A stretch of 64,000 nucleotides of DNA, taken from positions 186,001-250,000 of the forward strand of contig JAMDHS010000007.1 of assembly GCA_029717555.1 (NCBI GenBank), written 5' to 3'. A model generated the notes under the pieces. It did not search any database and had not been told where the DNA came from. It worked only from the letters and a program-made list of their open reading frames with translations. Shown here piece after piece: positions 11,769 through 25,415 of the stretch. Source of the stretch: Peribolospora baueri (lineage: Eukaryota). The translations under genes and the position numbers were made by a program. Each line of letters begins with the position of its first letter. Position 1 is the stretch's first letter.

Positions 11769-13745
11769 ATGGCGGCCGCCGACGCACCAAACCCCATCGG
11801 AGACACCGTCCCCCACCCCTCCCACCCGTTCGCCCAAAGCCACCCGCACCACCTGCACTCGGAGCACGTCCCGCAGAACAAGGAGGAAAAGGAGGCTACC
11901 GGGAAGGCACTCGATGCGCTTATTGACGGGCATGATGAGACGGGCGGGGCGGCTAGTGGACAGGCGCGTGAGTGGTTTGTTTGGGATTCGTAGGGACGTT
12001 AGGAGGGCCGACCTAGCTGACGTCCTGTCGTTTTGTATTATCTCACCCGTCCCTTCGACCGAACCGCTAGCCGACCACCACGCATTGACGCCCGGCGTGG
12101 AGTCGACTAAGAACGCTCACTGGTGGTCCAGGTTTTTCCCCAATGAAGAGAGGGTGCACAAGGTGCGTTGCAAGGCTTTGCTTCCCTTCGACGCTCGTCG
12201 AGTCTCCTGCGCATATGCTGACGCTGCCTGCTCCTTACCCTCTGCGTTCTGTTTCTGTCCTTCTGCTCGCTTTTCCTACCGTGTCTCGCGACCTCGACGC
12301 ACTAATGAATCATGAATCTAAAGCTCTTCGCAGCCTACCACCTAGGCAACTACGTCGCTATCAGGGGCCCACCCGGCCAGCCTCCCCAGCTCATCTGGGA
12401 GAGCATGCCGATCTATGTCCGGCTCGGCATGGTGAGCTTTCTTCGGACTACGAACCCAAACGTCGGTCATTCGATCGGTCGTTCTCGACCACGCTCGCTG
12501 ACGCACCAGACGCGCTTGCTTTCGCCCCCTTCTTCCCCTCCTCCCAGCACCTCCTCTTCACCGGCCGAGCTGAGGAGAAATTCCTCACCTACCGCAGCGT
12601 GGAGCACATGCTCAAAGACGCCAGCGAGCGCCAGGGCAGGGCCTACGACGACGAGAGCCACCCGGATCAGGTGCTCGCGCACATCAGGTCCTTCATTAGT
12701 ACGTACCAGATCAATTGCAGCGAGCTCTTGGAGGAGGATCCGAAGAAATACAAGGTGAGTGGGCAAAGAAGGGGTCCGGTCTTGGCCTTGGGCGGTGATG
12801 ACGCGCTTAACTTTTGTGAATTTTTTTTTGCGCAGAACTTCAACGCCTTCTTCAGTCGTCAACTCAAGCCGGACGCCAGGCCCGTCGCGGAGCCCAACAA
12901 CCGTAAGCCCATGGCATCGCTAGCCTTTTTTCTTCGTCTCTTCGTGTGGTATTGGGATGGATCTCATCGACGGCGACGGCTCTGTTGCTCCCTTCGCTCT
13001 CGTTTTTTTATCCAGATCGGGTCATCAGCAGCGCAGCTGACTGCCGCTTGACGGTCTTCGAAAACGTCACGGACGCTACCAAGTTTTGGGTCAAAGGAAA
13101 GCACTTCACTCTCCCTAACCTCCTGGACGACGCTTCCCTCGCCGAGCGCACGTTCCCGCCCGGCTCCTCCCTCGCCATCTTCCGCCTCGCCCCTGCCGAC
13201 TACCACCGCTTCCACTCTCCGGTCGGCCCCATCATTGGCGGACCCACCAAGCACATCGCCGGACAGTATTACACTGTCAACCCGCAGGCGGTAAACGAGC
13301 CATTTGACGTCTTCACCGCCAACCGCAGGGACGTCAAGCTGGTCGAATGGAAGGCGGACACGGCGGCGCAGGGCGGTGACGACAAGCCGACGCATACCGT
13401 CGCTCTTGTCGCCATCGGCGCTATGCTCGTCGGCAGCATCGGCTGGACGGCCGCGCAGCAGGGGCAGGAGGCGCAGAGGGGTCAGGAGGTCGGCTACTTT
13501 GCCGTGAGTGTGTTTTCTCGGAGTGATGCGTCCGTCTGTGGTCGATTCACCCATCGTTCGTCTGTGCGTTTCTTTTGTCCTCCGTTCCTCGTTGCCGGCA
13601 CCGATAGTATGGCGGATCGACCGTCGTCGCCGTCTTCCCGCCGCAGGCCAAAGTGCAGTGGGACGCCGATCTGCTCGAGAACTCGCGCAGGTCGACCGAG
13701 ACCATGGTCCGCGTCGGGGAGAGGATCGGCGTCGCGCAGGCGTGA
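11769..13745 (+). CDS. Phosphatidylserine decarboxylase (Psd2-type catalytic domain, no C2 domains seen)
   Basis: Motifs NFNAFFSRQLKPDARP, SAADCRLTVF, FWVKGKHFT, IFRLAPADYHRFHSP, YYTVNP, AIGAMLVGSI and the autocleavage motif YFA|YGGST. Confidence 0.92.
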
Positions 13746-14413
13746 GCGGCGAAGGGCGTAGTAGGAGTTGGAATAGGGCGAGTAAAGGAGGAGGAGGAGG
13801 GGAAGTTTCGGTTCTGCTCTGCTCTTCTTTGCTCGTTTGCGTCGATGCCTCGGCTTGTCTCTTTCGAATTCGATGCGACCACGGTCTGGAATTATTGGGG
13901 ACTCTGCACAGACCTGGTGATATCCCAATCGCTTAGGCCAAACCGCCCTCATAAACCTCCCTCCTTCGATTCATACACATACACGTATCCGCAGCCCGTT
14001 CGTCTTCTTGATCTTCCGCCACCCTTTTTTACTTGTTTTTACCGTTCGGTAGCCTAGCACGGATACGGATCAGACTGTCTGTCTGTCGCGGACCCAAACG
14101 AACCTTATGAACCGTGTCTTATCGCCATTCCGGCTCCCTTCCGCCCGCGCTCTCGACGGATTGGCGAGGCGATTGGCGAGGCGAAAGGGTTGGCGCTCCC
14201 GTCCACGTCGTTCCATCCGGACACTCTCGACGCCACGCTCCCTTTCGAGCCTTGCGCCTCGCGCCTCGCGCATCGCGCATCGAGGAGCTTTTGGAGGACC
14301 CCTTCGGACGCCATCTGTAACGGAGACCGCATAGGCACACGGCGACCTGCCCGTGACCACCAGCCGCCGCGGATAGGATGATGTGATTGCAGCTCCGTCC
14401 GGACTAGGGCACA

Positions 14414-15907
14414 TCAGCCGAGCATGTCGTCGAGGAAGGCCTCCATCTCCCGCTTATCCCCTTTCTTCGCTTCTCCTTCTCCTCCCCGCCTCCTCGTCGG
14501 CGAACACGTCACCGTCGCCGGTGCTGGTGGCGGTCGTCGCGTCGGCGTCGCCCTCGTAGCTGCCGCGTCAGAGGGCTCCACGGAAGACGAGGCGGATCCC
14601 GGAGATAGATTGGAAAGGAAAGCATCGATGTCGTCTACGTCCCCCCCCTTGTGCCCCGCTTCCGCTTCCTCTTCCTCGACCCGAACCTCCCCGGACTTCG
14701 CTCGTCTGCGCTCCGACGAGTGAGAAGACGGTGGCACTGAAGCAGAAGTCGACGCTCGCGTCGGCGCCGTTGGCCCCGACGCAGATGCGGACGTCGTCCG
14801 CGAGCCTTGGCCGATGGAGATGCTCTTTCCTGGCCGCGGGCGCGGTTGTGACGCTGCTAGGAAGCGGGCTTTCAGATCTGGCGAGTGGGAGCACGCGAGA
14901 CGGAAAAATAGGGATGCGATAGAACATCATCAGGTATACACGCCATTCCTACTCTCCCCAACTATGTCGGACTCCTACCTAAGTCTCGCTCAACTCACCT
15001 CGAACCGCTTCAGCCTTCTCCCTCTCGATCCGCAACTCCTCCAAATTCCACACCCTCTTCTCCTCCTCTCCGGCGATCCTCGCCTTTCCCTTGTCGCCCA
15101 CACTCCAACCTGTACTGCTGTCTCCTCCGTTCTTTCTCCCACGCTTGGAACGATTGAGGTAGGCGAGGGAGTGATCGATTTCAGCCGAATCGTCTCGCTC
15201 CTGGACTTGTGCGAACGTTGGCATAGAGGAGGTCGGAGTGGCGGAGGAGTAGAGGGAAAGCTGCTTGGAGAGAAAGGCGCTCAAATCCACTTCTGGCTCT
15301 GGTTCGACTTCTGAGCACAGAAACCGAGAGAAGAGACGTGCCGAGGTGAGCAGCCGAACGTAGTGGGCGCTCGCGGCGTCGAGGACGGTCAGAAGGAACT
15401 TGGCCGTATATAAGAGGACAGATGAGTACCTTCGTGGGGGTCGCGCTCCGGCTCCTTGTACCGCCACGCATTGCTCTCCATCGGCCTCCTCGCGTACTTT
15501 CCTCCAACTCTCGCCGTTCCGTCCCCTTCGTCTTCCTCGTCCTGGCCTTGACCGTCATCCTTGGCCTTGGCATTGGAATGGGCCGTCGCTGCCGCACCAG
15601 AGCGGAGGCTTGGGAAGGCAGGGTCGTCCTCGGTCTCCTCCTCGTCCTCGGAGTCTTCCCCAGCCAAGTCCCCGTCTTCGCCGTCCTCGTCCGGCCGTTC
15701 CCCTCTGAAAGGGTTTGCCCAGGCCGCCCCGCGTCCTCTCCCCCTTCCTCGTCCACTTCCCCGTCTGGCACGATACGAGCTGCCCTCGCCGCCGTCGCCG
15801 TCCTGCCCCTCGCCTCCCTGGCGCGCTGCTCCGCCTATTCCTCTCCCACGAGCGCGCTTTTGATACTGGGCCGAAGCTCTTGCCTTGTACTTGTTCTGGA
15901 GGACCAT
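14414..15907 (-). CDS. RG-rich protein with AVEN-like motifs (three exons)
   Basis: N-terminal RGRGRGRG, core YARRPMESNAWRY...EVDLSAFL, EREKAEAVR|DLKARF and C-terminal EMEAFLDDMLG*. GT-AG introns at ~15428-15314 and ~14998-14878. The gene model is solid; the AVEN identity is inference. Confidence 0.7.
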
Positions 15908-16209
15908 GTTGGAAGACCTTGTGACGCACCGGACGAACCAACCGACGTCTTCCTATCCTGTTGGACGAGCGCCGCCACGTGAAGATCTTGCTGCGGTCGA
16001 TCACGCGCATGGAGAAACGGAAAATCGGGCTCATATAAATAAATAAGTTTTAAGCCGGCCACGCTTCCCCTCGTCCGACATCCCTCCATCGCCTCTCTAA
16101 TCCTTCTCTTCTCCTTCTACTTCGTCCCACTTTAATTATACTTTCTTTACTTGTTGATAATTGCTTTGCTTTATCTTTCGTTACTCCCTTCCGTTCGCCT
16201 TGCGCAGCC

Positions 16210-18717
16210 ATGATCCACGTTCCTTCGAGCCAGGTCGCCTCTCTCCTTGACGCCGCCTCCGATCGACCGCTGCAGGACTCCTTCGCATCCTTCGAGCAGC
16301 TCGCTCTGCCCACGGACCGTTTTCACGTCGCTCTCATCGCTGTCCTGCCTTCACTTCAGGATGACAAGGCCGAGGTGAGCTACAGAGATAGTCTCGCGTG
16401 CGCGTTACTGGCTCCCGCCAACCTAACACCTCGCCATCCGGTACGATTATCTCGCTTGCATGAGCTCAGCTCAGCCGACGTCTCACAGCGGCGTACATCC
16501 TTTACGGACTTTACGAGCTTTACGATCCGGAAATAAATCCCTTTCGGGAGGCGCTGCGCGCTACGCTCGACTCCCTCAGCCTTGTCGTCGCCGACGCCGA
16601 GCTCAAGGGTGTAGGCTTCGGGCTCCCCATCGTACAGTCTAATGGCAGAAGCAGACGCAAAAGAGGCAAAGCAAAGGAGAATGAAAAGGCAAAAGCAACG
16701 GCGGAGGACCCGGAAGAGGTCAAATCTTTTGAGAGGCTTGCATCACTTTTGGACGTGCTGTTGCAAGGTCGCGAAAAAGTGGAGGAGGTGAGACATTACT
16801 CTTCAGTCAACCTGGGCTTCCGCCACCCTGGACGCTCTTGCTTACCGCCAAATCGTCTTGCGAACCTCTTATGACAGTACCACCTCTCAAGCGCGACACC
16901 GAAACAGCTCCTATTTGGCTCGCAACAGAGTGGGAAACTCTTGCACATGCTTAGCGCCCCCGCCCCTCATTCTCCTCTGCCTTCCCATGCCACCTTGCCC
17001 AGGACCCCATCGCCTTTACCATCCAGCCGCCTCGCACCCGCTGGCAACAGTCTTTCTTCCGCGGATCCAACTCCCCATATGCCGGGCCACTATGTATCGC
17101 CACTCACAACGCGATCGACGAACGAAAGCGGCGCTGCGATGCATCCTCAGCCGCCCTCAGGCTTGACGCAGGGAGCGTGGTCTGCGCCTTCCAGAGTGCG
17201 CGAAGCGCTTGGGTTGCGACATACGCCTTCTTCTAGCTCCTTGGCATCGTCTGGCGCTGGGGACGCCGAACACGGCATGTTGGTGCCCAGTGCTGCTGAC
17301 GAGCGACGACGTACGGCCCCTTCTCGCTCACCTTTTCGCGGTGAAAAGGCTCTATTGCAAGAGTCGGACGAGGAGAGGAAAGCTAGAGAGACCAAGGAGA
17401 ACGACGAGGCGTTGATGAATGTTTTCGCTGCGAGAGAAAAAACTTTGACCATGGCGGAGCATAAAGTGAGTAATTCTTTATTTTATTTTGTTTATCCCTT
17501 TCCGAGGCGTCCAGAATGGCGGGCAATGCGGACTTAATCTGACGTTCCTGGCCTTCTTTTGCTGCTACTCCCGGCGACTCTACTTGCATGTGATCCGCCC
17601 ACCACACAAAGGCGACTCTTTTCCGAATCCCAGACATCTTCCACCTCCTTCTCCCTCTCCCATACTCCGACAACGCTGATCCCCTTCTAACACCATACGA
17701 CCTCGTCTCTATCATTGCCCTCAACCCCGGCATCGCGCATCCGCTCCTCCAAACCCTGATCGCGGGTTCTGTAGCGGGTCTGCGCTCCACCCCCGATGAC
17801 GCGGGCAGCTCCAGTAGCGAGCATCTTGCAGTAGCTGCCGGTGGTGGTGGCAATGACGAAGAGACCAGTCTTGCAAATGGCCAAGAAGAAGCGTCTCTCC
17901 GAGCCTGGCGCCAAGCCGTATTCTTCTATCTGTCCTTTCTCACCAGCCTCCCGCCCACCTTGCAGACCTTTGACCTGCTCTCCAAGCTCGTCCGTTGCGA
18001 TTTGCCTTCTGCGTACGCTTCCGCGCCAGCTAGTTCGAACTCGACGACGCACGAGCCCACTAAGTCAAATACGCCAGGAAACGGTGCTGGCGCTTCGAGG
18101 CCCTCTGGCTCGTTCCCCGTCGTCCCCAATGGATCTGCATCAGGAACTGTAGCCGGCATTGGGCAGCGAAGAGGCCCTAGGCCAGGCACCGTAGCTCACG
18201 TAATTCGCACCGAGGTGCTGGGAGGCTTCTTGGCCAACGCGTTTGGCATGGTCGAGCGCATGCGATTCAGCGATGATGATGCGGGCGTGGACGCAGCTGA
18301 GAGAGAAGGGAGGGTCGTGCGCTTGGTGAGTTCGTCGGGCGCCGTAAGGCGATTGCCCACGTCTGATCGACGTCGTTCTGTGAATTACCCGCGAGGAAAT
18401 TCCCGTGCTGACATGTCATGTCACGCCTTAACATGAATCCGACACTGTGATGGGGACGATAGCTCTGCCTCTTCCTCACCTCCCTCCTCAATTCGCATGT
18501 CGTCGACCCTTCAAGCGACACGGTGGAAGGAGAGGAGGGCGCGTCGACGGTGGAGATCGCGCACTTTGCCATCCGGTACTCCAAGTACAAAGACGCGCAC
18601 GACTTGTGGCTACGCATCAGCGGGGGCGGAGTCGCAAGAGACACGGCGGTGCGGATGGATGACGACAGGCGTGGGATCGTGAATAAATCTGGTGGTCCGG
18701 AGAGAGAGGAACGATAA
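16210..18717 (+). CDS. CNOT11: CCR4-NOT subunit CNOT11 (DUF2363)-like
   Basis: Middle region has DLVSIIALNPGIA and LPPTLQTFDLLSKL. C-terminus EVLGGFLANAF...REGRVVRL|LCLFLTSLL...VEIAHFAIRYSKYKDAHDLW matches the CNOT11 pattern RLVRLVCVFLQSL...EVQAFCIEFSR. Confidence 0.8.
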
Positions 18718-19037
18718 GATTTGATGGTCTCTTCAGAATCGGTCGTTGAGTTGCGTCCCGGCAAAGGCCTTCTTTCGTTACAAGATGTTCAGTTCGGCTC
18801 GGTTCGTACGTGTATCATAGACGTTCCGGTTATTCGGATCGAGTCTCGCTCGCATTGCACTGTTCCAGTACAGTCCAGCACGGTCTCACCCTTTCTGTTC
18901 TGTTCGTATCGCACTCGCCTGCAAATGCCATTCGGAGTCAGTCGCTGGATCAAACGCCGTATTCGTTTTCTAATCCTCTATTCCTTCACTGTTCCCCTCG
19001 TCCTCTTCTATTCCTCCGTCTGGGGTGTTCCGCTTCG

Positions 19038-21748
19038 TCATCTACGTTCTTCCAAAGCGACTTGTCCCGGCTCCTCCGGGCTCGCTTCTTCCGGTTCGAA
19101 CTGATACCCAGCAGTGACCGTCTCAAACATGTCCTTGCACTCCACCTCCGCCCCCAACCTAGCGCACAACAGAAACGCGCCGCTGAGCTTCCTGTTGAGG
19201 CTATAGGTTTCCTCCGGCGGCGGGGTAAGCCGATGCTGCAGCATGACGGGGATCTGTGCTCGCACGCGGTCCGTGATGGTTTGGTTGGCGAAGGGGTAAG
19301 GAGATGGGGCGGAGGGGCGGAAGGGCTCGCCTAGGGCGAGCATCGATTCGATGTGCGCGTTGACCATAAGCTGCGTAGAGTGGGGACGCGGAGAGCGCAG
19401 CGGCCGTCAACAGTGAGCCGATGATGACTACAGAGACGATGGTCACGTCCAGTTTCTTAGCTTTCCACACTCGCTCACCTCGTCCTCCTCGCCAGTCAGG
19501 TAGCCTATCTTCCTGCTCCACTCGATGCAAGCCTCCCGATTGCCCGATATGGCCGCCTTCAAAAGTCGTAACCAATTATCCATAAATGTCTTGGAGTATT
19601 CGCGCGTCGCACCGAAGTCTATGAGTTCGATCTGTTGGCCAACGACGATGGTTCGACCACGGATCACGCAGAGACGAGGGTTATCCAATCAGCTATTCAT
19701 GCGTTGAATGTGAGTTATTGATGGGGGAGAGTAGGAGACACTCGCCTTTCTTGTGCATTCGTTGTATAGGAAGTTCGTCCAGTTGGGGTCCGTCTGCATC
19801 AAGCGGAAGGTAAACAGCTCGCGCAGGGACAATTCGAGAATGGCTTTCGCGATCTGGATACAAAAACGAATCAGAAGAGACGAACAATGAAAAAGGTTAC
19901 CAGGGCCAGAAGCGTATGAAGTAGGGGCGCTACCCTCAGGCGACCCGCAGACTCACCTCGTTTCTCTTCTCCTGCGAGTACCTGGCCGCCTTGGTCAATG
20001 GCCGTCCCATCATCCTCTCCGTCGTTAGGACCATTCCGGTGCTGAGTTCCTTGACGACTTTTGGGACTGCGAACACCTCGCTCTCCTTCAACAAGTCTCC
20101 GAACTTGGCACCACACTCCGCCTCTCTCCGGTAATCGCACTCATCCGCCAACTCGCGCCTCATCACGCGTATCGTGTTGTCGAGGTACAGCCCGCGTGGT
20201 AACAAGGCTGAGGCGGAAACGAGGAGCTTGAGGTTGGAGAGGTCCGAGTCGATGGACGAAGCGACGCCCGGGAACTGCACTTTGATCGCCACCGGCATGC
20301 CGTTCGAGGCAAGCTTGGCTGAGTGCACTTGCCCAATTGATGCTGCCGCCATGGGCACTTCGGCAAAATCAGTAAAGTGAGTGCGCCAATCGGAGCCCAG
20401 TTCGGAGGACATGACTTTCTGCGAACAGTGGCGGCAAGGACGGGTAGGGTTAGCCACCTCCATCAGTCGCGGTATTGAGCCGCCGAACCGCCCCTCTGTA
20501 GCCTCACCTCCATCTGCCAAGCCGGCATGTAGTTGGCGCTGTTCTGCACTCGCATCATGACGTTCTCTATTTGCTCCGGAAGCATGTTGGAATCTGGAAA
20601 CGAAATCGGAGCAGCACAGTTAAATGCGACTTCGTGGAGCCACGGGGATCTGCTCGAAAAGCAAGTGTTCAGAAAAAGGTTCACCCTGGATGCTCATGAA
20701 CTGCCCAAGCTTGAGCGCAGCGCCTCGCATTCTGCTCAGCTTGTCGACCAGTCTTCCAACATTGGCCTCGCTCATGAACAGCGAGCCTGCACGTCCTGCA
20801 TTAGGGTCATGGGAGGAAGTCGCTCTTCGAAAGGCCTCGGACGCTGCGCCGAGGGAGAGACCGGCAGCGAGACCTGTAAGGGACACCGAGGAACAGAAAG
20901 GAAGTATTCGGAGAAAGCAATGAGCTGAAAAAGGAATAAAAGCAGGTCAAGTGAATAGATGCACTTGCCGCCATAGTGGAATAATCGCCCTAGTCGAGAC
21001 GAAGGTACTCTGGAAGGTCGCAGAGGTACCACGCGCTAGTAGCAAAAAGGGGGCGATGCAAACCTGCGCTCAGCGAACGCGGATGGAATAGCTGTTGGCA
21101 GAGGAAGGAGCCAATCCAGCTCACCTCCTTCGCTTCGTCATACTCCTCGACTACCTCCGGCTCCACAGGCAGAGGCTTCGTGAGCGGCGGTCCCTCCAGC
21201 GAATTAGCAGCCGTGCCTTCGGCAGCGTCCGTCGTTGGGACAGCTGAGGCGCCTTGCGCAGGCCTCGCGAGCGATGATCCTTCCAGCGACGTAGCAGCCG
21301 TATCTTCAGCAGCGTCCGTCGCGGGGACAGCCGAAGGGCCTCGTGGAGACTCAGGTCGCTCCAACCGATTGACAGCGGGAGAGGGGGGTGGTCGTGATGA
21401 AGCAATAGATGGGAATGCCGCTGAGGGCGAGCTGGGCGACGGCGGAATGGCGTCCGCAGCCTGCGATGGAGAAGCAGCACGGGGAGGGTAGACCTGAGTC
21501 GGCCACGACGGCGAAGGCTCTGACTCTGTTGAATTTGTGTTTTCCGTCGCATTCGGCACTGGGTCCGTGGGATCAGAAGACCCTTTGGCCCTTAGCCCCT
21601 CGCCAGCAGCGACCGCCGAACCCGAGGGCGACCTGGGGCTAGCCCGCTGAGCGCTCCCGGCGGCCGCCTTGAGCCTTGCAGCTCGGACGGCGACCTCGCC
21701 GATGCCGTTGAGCACAGCAACAGCATCGAGCAGCGCGCGACCGACCAT
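19038..21748 (-). CDS. COQ8: ABC1/UbiB atypical kinase Coq8
   Basis: VPSSRLGRLFHYG, MRGAALKLGQFMSIQ, AAASIGQVH, VAIKVQFPGV, ELADECDY, MQTDPNW, LIDFGATREY, PPEETYSLNRKLSGAFLLC. Confidence 0.97.
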
Positions 21749-22057
21749 TCCTTCTTCGAGGCACTTTCTTCGTCCCAGCCGCCGACGGATTGAGAGCGTG
21801 CGTGGGCTTGGAAGATCGATCGGGTCAATAGGCAGGGATCGCTCTTCTCTGTGAACTCGTCGGCACGTGACAAAGTCGAGTCGCGCGGGCCATTCCTTCT
21901 CCCGTTCCGGCGATCCGAGGTGAGCACAAGCGACGCGCCATTCTTCGCCCTTCTTGGACGAGCCATTCCTTTGAACAAGACTTTGGCTGTCTGGGCAGAT
22001 ACATACAGCAGATGACCTCGTCAATCGACGTGACATAGCCCTCGTGAAAGCCTGCCA

Positions 22058-25000
22058 TCAATCGTCGTCCAACACCCATTCCTCCCTACCCTCCTCTCCT
22101 TCCCCCTCGCTCCCCTCCTCGCCCTCTGCTTCCATCCCAGAACCTCCCCCCACGTCATAAGCCGCGCTCATCCTCTCTAACCTCTCCCTCATCTCTTTCA
22201 GCCCGTCTCTGCCCCCCGCCGCGCCCGCCGACTCGCCCGCGCCCGCTACGCCTTCTTCCACGATGCCCCATTCGTGGAGCCTTTCGTGGCCTTCGAGTAC
22301 GGCGGTTAGGAAGCGGAGGTAATGAGTGAGGAGGTGGCTTGTCGTTGGTGTGGTGAGAAACGCGGAAAGAAGGGGCAAGGTGTGTACGGACGTGGTTGAA
22401 GTCGTCGCGGAGCTCGAGTTTGATGAGGACCATGGAGGCTTGACGACCCTTCCGGTGGGGGACACGTCGTGGAGGAATTGAGGATGAGATGAAGGTAGGG
22501 GGTAGGGGAATGGCGTAAACGTCCTATGTTTCAAACGAATAAGAGATAGGGAAGCGGGTCAGCCAGAACTCCAAAGCTAGTAGGTATGCCGAAAAAAGCT
22601 ACTCGCCGTTGAGCCAGCGGCTCTTGGAGAGCTGTCAAATCCTCAAGGATCTCTTCGAGCTCGTGCACCTCAGCATCCTTCAGCGAACGCGCTACTGAAG
22701 ATTCTGCAAACGGCTTGGACTGCCCGAAAGGAGAGAACGGATGCATTAGGGGGAGCGGGGGGAGACATAGGGGATGAGCTCGCGTCTATGAGGAAATTCA
22801 TCCCGATTGAAGATTAGGCTGAATTAAACTGACGTCCAACGAGTGCCCCCTGCCGCTCCCGTCCGCTCCCACCTCCAAAGACAAATCTCTCCATAACCAC
22901 CTTACTGCCTTGTTCGCGTTCCACGAGGCACTTGAAAGGGCACTCGCCTCGGGCAAAGGGAGCGGGAAGCACCCGGCGAGGTGGACAATGCTCGTTTCGC
23001 GTCGCCAGTTGAGGCGTTCGAGCGTGGAGGACAGGTTGTGTGGTGAGTGGCGGAGCCTGTGAGACCGTGGTCAATAGAGACGAGGTGAGAAGAAAAGACG
23101 TGGCGATAAAGTCGTGTGAATCAGGAAGTGGGGTGCCGTCTCTTCGAGAAACACCGCATAGAGTCTCTTACCGGAAAGGTAGCGTTGAAGTCTCAATATG
23201 ACCGGCCAATACGGCTGACGAATGGTAAGGGGAATCGAGCTGCCCACCAGCAGGTTGCAATGCACCAATTTCTTTTAGCTGCTTGAACGAAAAACGACGC
23301 TGACTCAAGCTAGATCCAGGGGCAACTTACCTGCGCGTCGAGGTACCTTGTCCACCCCTTGTTCTCACCGTCCCTAGCCAACCTCGACAAAGGCTGCAAA
23401 GGGACGAAAGCCGTGGAGAGCTGTCCAAGGGTGTCGATCGACAGCGCTTGATTCATCTGGCGCAACCGTTGCAGTTTCTGTGCCGACGACGATGGAAATA
23501 TAAAGCGTTCTAGACGATGAAAAGTCGAGTCGAAAACGGGAATTCAAGATCGAACAAACGCCTTGCTCGCTCACCGGCTCCTCATCCTGTCCTCCCTCAG
23601 TCATCGCCCCGAAACAGAGCACGCTCTTCTTCGGATATTCGTCCCGGAGCTCCTCGAGGTAGGCCGAAGCAAAGCCTCCGAAGGCATCGGATATGTCCGC
23701 AATCGCTTGAAAGCCCTGGGAGTCATTCGAGATGAAAGTACGAGAGCATGAGGATGAAAGTGTCGTAGAGGGCAATGAGGCGTCAATTACTGAGTGGGAC
23801 GAAGTGTACGCACCTCAAGGGCATCGCATTCTTCAGCAAAGAAGCGTAGTCCTTCATCCAAAGATTCTGTTTCCTGTCAGCAAGACGAGCGTACGACGTC
23901 GAATGAATGAGTGTCTGCACCCAACTGTAATGGGGATCTCACGAGGCTGATCGGCTGATCAATTACGAAACCAACCTTCTCAAACTGCTCCCATTCTCTG
24001 TACCCTACCTCCCACCTATCCCACCCCACCAAACCTTCTCCAACCTCCCCACTCCCCATAGGCCCGTAATTTGCGCCACCAGCAGTACCAACGACGTGCA
24101 AGGAGCGAGGGTGGAAGAAGATTCGGGCATAGTCGGACCAGTAGCGGACTGTGGAAGGGGTCAGAGACGGGGTTGGGGCTGCGGATGGGGTTACAGGCGA
24201 GGCAGTGTATTCCATGTCGAGAGAGGCTTGGTACGGGTGAGAGGGGACGGACATTTGTCGGTGCATTTGAGCTGAGCTTCCCCTTGTTGCGTGAATGTCA
24301 TGATGGGCGAAGTTGGCGTACGACCAATATGGACAACAGGGAACGCTCGGTGTGAGACCAGCACGATTCCAGCCAGATTGAAACTCGCTCCCCTTGGGCC
24401 GAACTGAGTCGAGCCAACTACACTCACGCCGCGGTAGCTAAGCTCAGCTCACCATGTCGAGTCTGCGGCCAGTAAACCAGCGCCGTCGCCAGAGCTGAAC
24501 GAGTCGTAGAGCTTGTTGATTCGTCTCAAAGCTCCAAATTGACCTGTGACAGGCGTACCAATAAAGAGAAATTAGCATTGTAAAGAGATCAGATGGAACG
24601 GCTTGGACAGAAAGTAGGAAGTGCTCGTCCTCTTACCTTTAAGGTCGAAGATGAGCGCCCGAGGAGAATAAGTCTCGACATTCTATATTCGTTCAAAGGT
24701 ATTCCGGTAGGAAAGTTAGCTAAATGAAACTCATATGTTACACCATACTCTTCTTGGCCTAGTGCGCCCCATCGGGTCCCCTGATCGCTTCCATCAACGT
24801 TGCCTAGCTCACGTCGACGCCAACGCCAGCCCTCCAAGAGACGTCATGATCTAAGACGGGCTCGGCCTTGTCATTCCCGTATTCGAAGTAGCTTTCCTTA
24901 ATCCGAATACAAATGCACACAAATGAGGAAATGGAAGCAAAGGTAAGCCAGATAGTACAGTAGAGAACATAAAACGAATGACGGTTTCCTTTGCCCTCTT

Positions 25001-25125
25001 CTACCTGGAACGCAGGGTCCCGATAGACTCAAGACGTCGCGCACCTGTGCGTTCCAAAAGTGGGTGCCTATAAAGTTGGAGTAGGTACCAAACTGGAGGT
25101 GGATAATCTCCCGGGTGGGCGGCAT
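22058..25125 (-). CDS. DML1: Misato/Dml1 tubulin-like mitochondrial genome-maintenance protein
   Basis: REIIHLQFGTYSNFIGTHFWNAQ|ESYF, ETYSPRALIFDLK|GQFGAL, VRYWSDYARIFFHPRSL, FAEECDAL...QGFQ, LEELRDEYPK, and C-terminal ERLERMSAAY. Confidence 0.93.
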
Positions 25126-25415
25126 CTCGCTCGTTCGCTCGTTGCCTACCTCCGTCGGTCGTCGTCGTGTCCTGTCGCATCCTCTCCTTCCTTTTTTCGC
25201 ACAGGCCATCCCTCGTGTATCTCACATTTCCGCACGTGATCGATCGAAGGTCATGGATATAGGCGGCGAACGACGGATATCACGTTCCGCAGCGCGGGGG
25301 AGCCAGAAGAATCACCGGACCGGCCAGCACATGGAGGGGACGGCCGAGACGGCGAGGCGGACGAGATTAGGACCATTCTTTCAACGACGAAGATATTGTG
25401 CGCAAGACGACGACG

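Noticed and set aside
11769..13745. PSD-family gene as a PsiD-like secondary-metabolite decarboxylase
   Set aside because: The motifs are those of ordinary Psd2-type enzymes (RLAPxDYHRFH, GGST), and the neighbours are housekeeping genes rather than a biosynthetic cluster.
14159..14283. Short direct repeats (gattggcgaggc x2; 7-bp cgcgcct/cgcgcat units)
   Set aside because: Too short and too few to be more than slippage in a convergent intergenic region.
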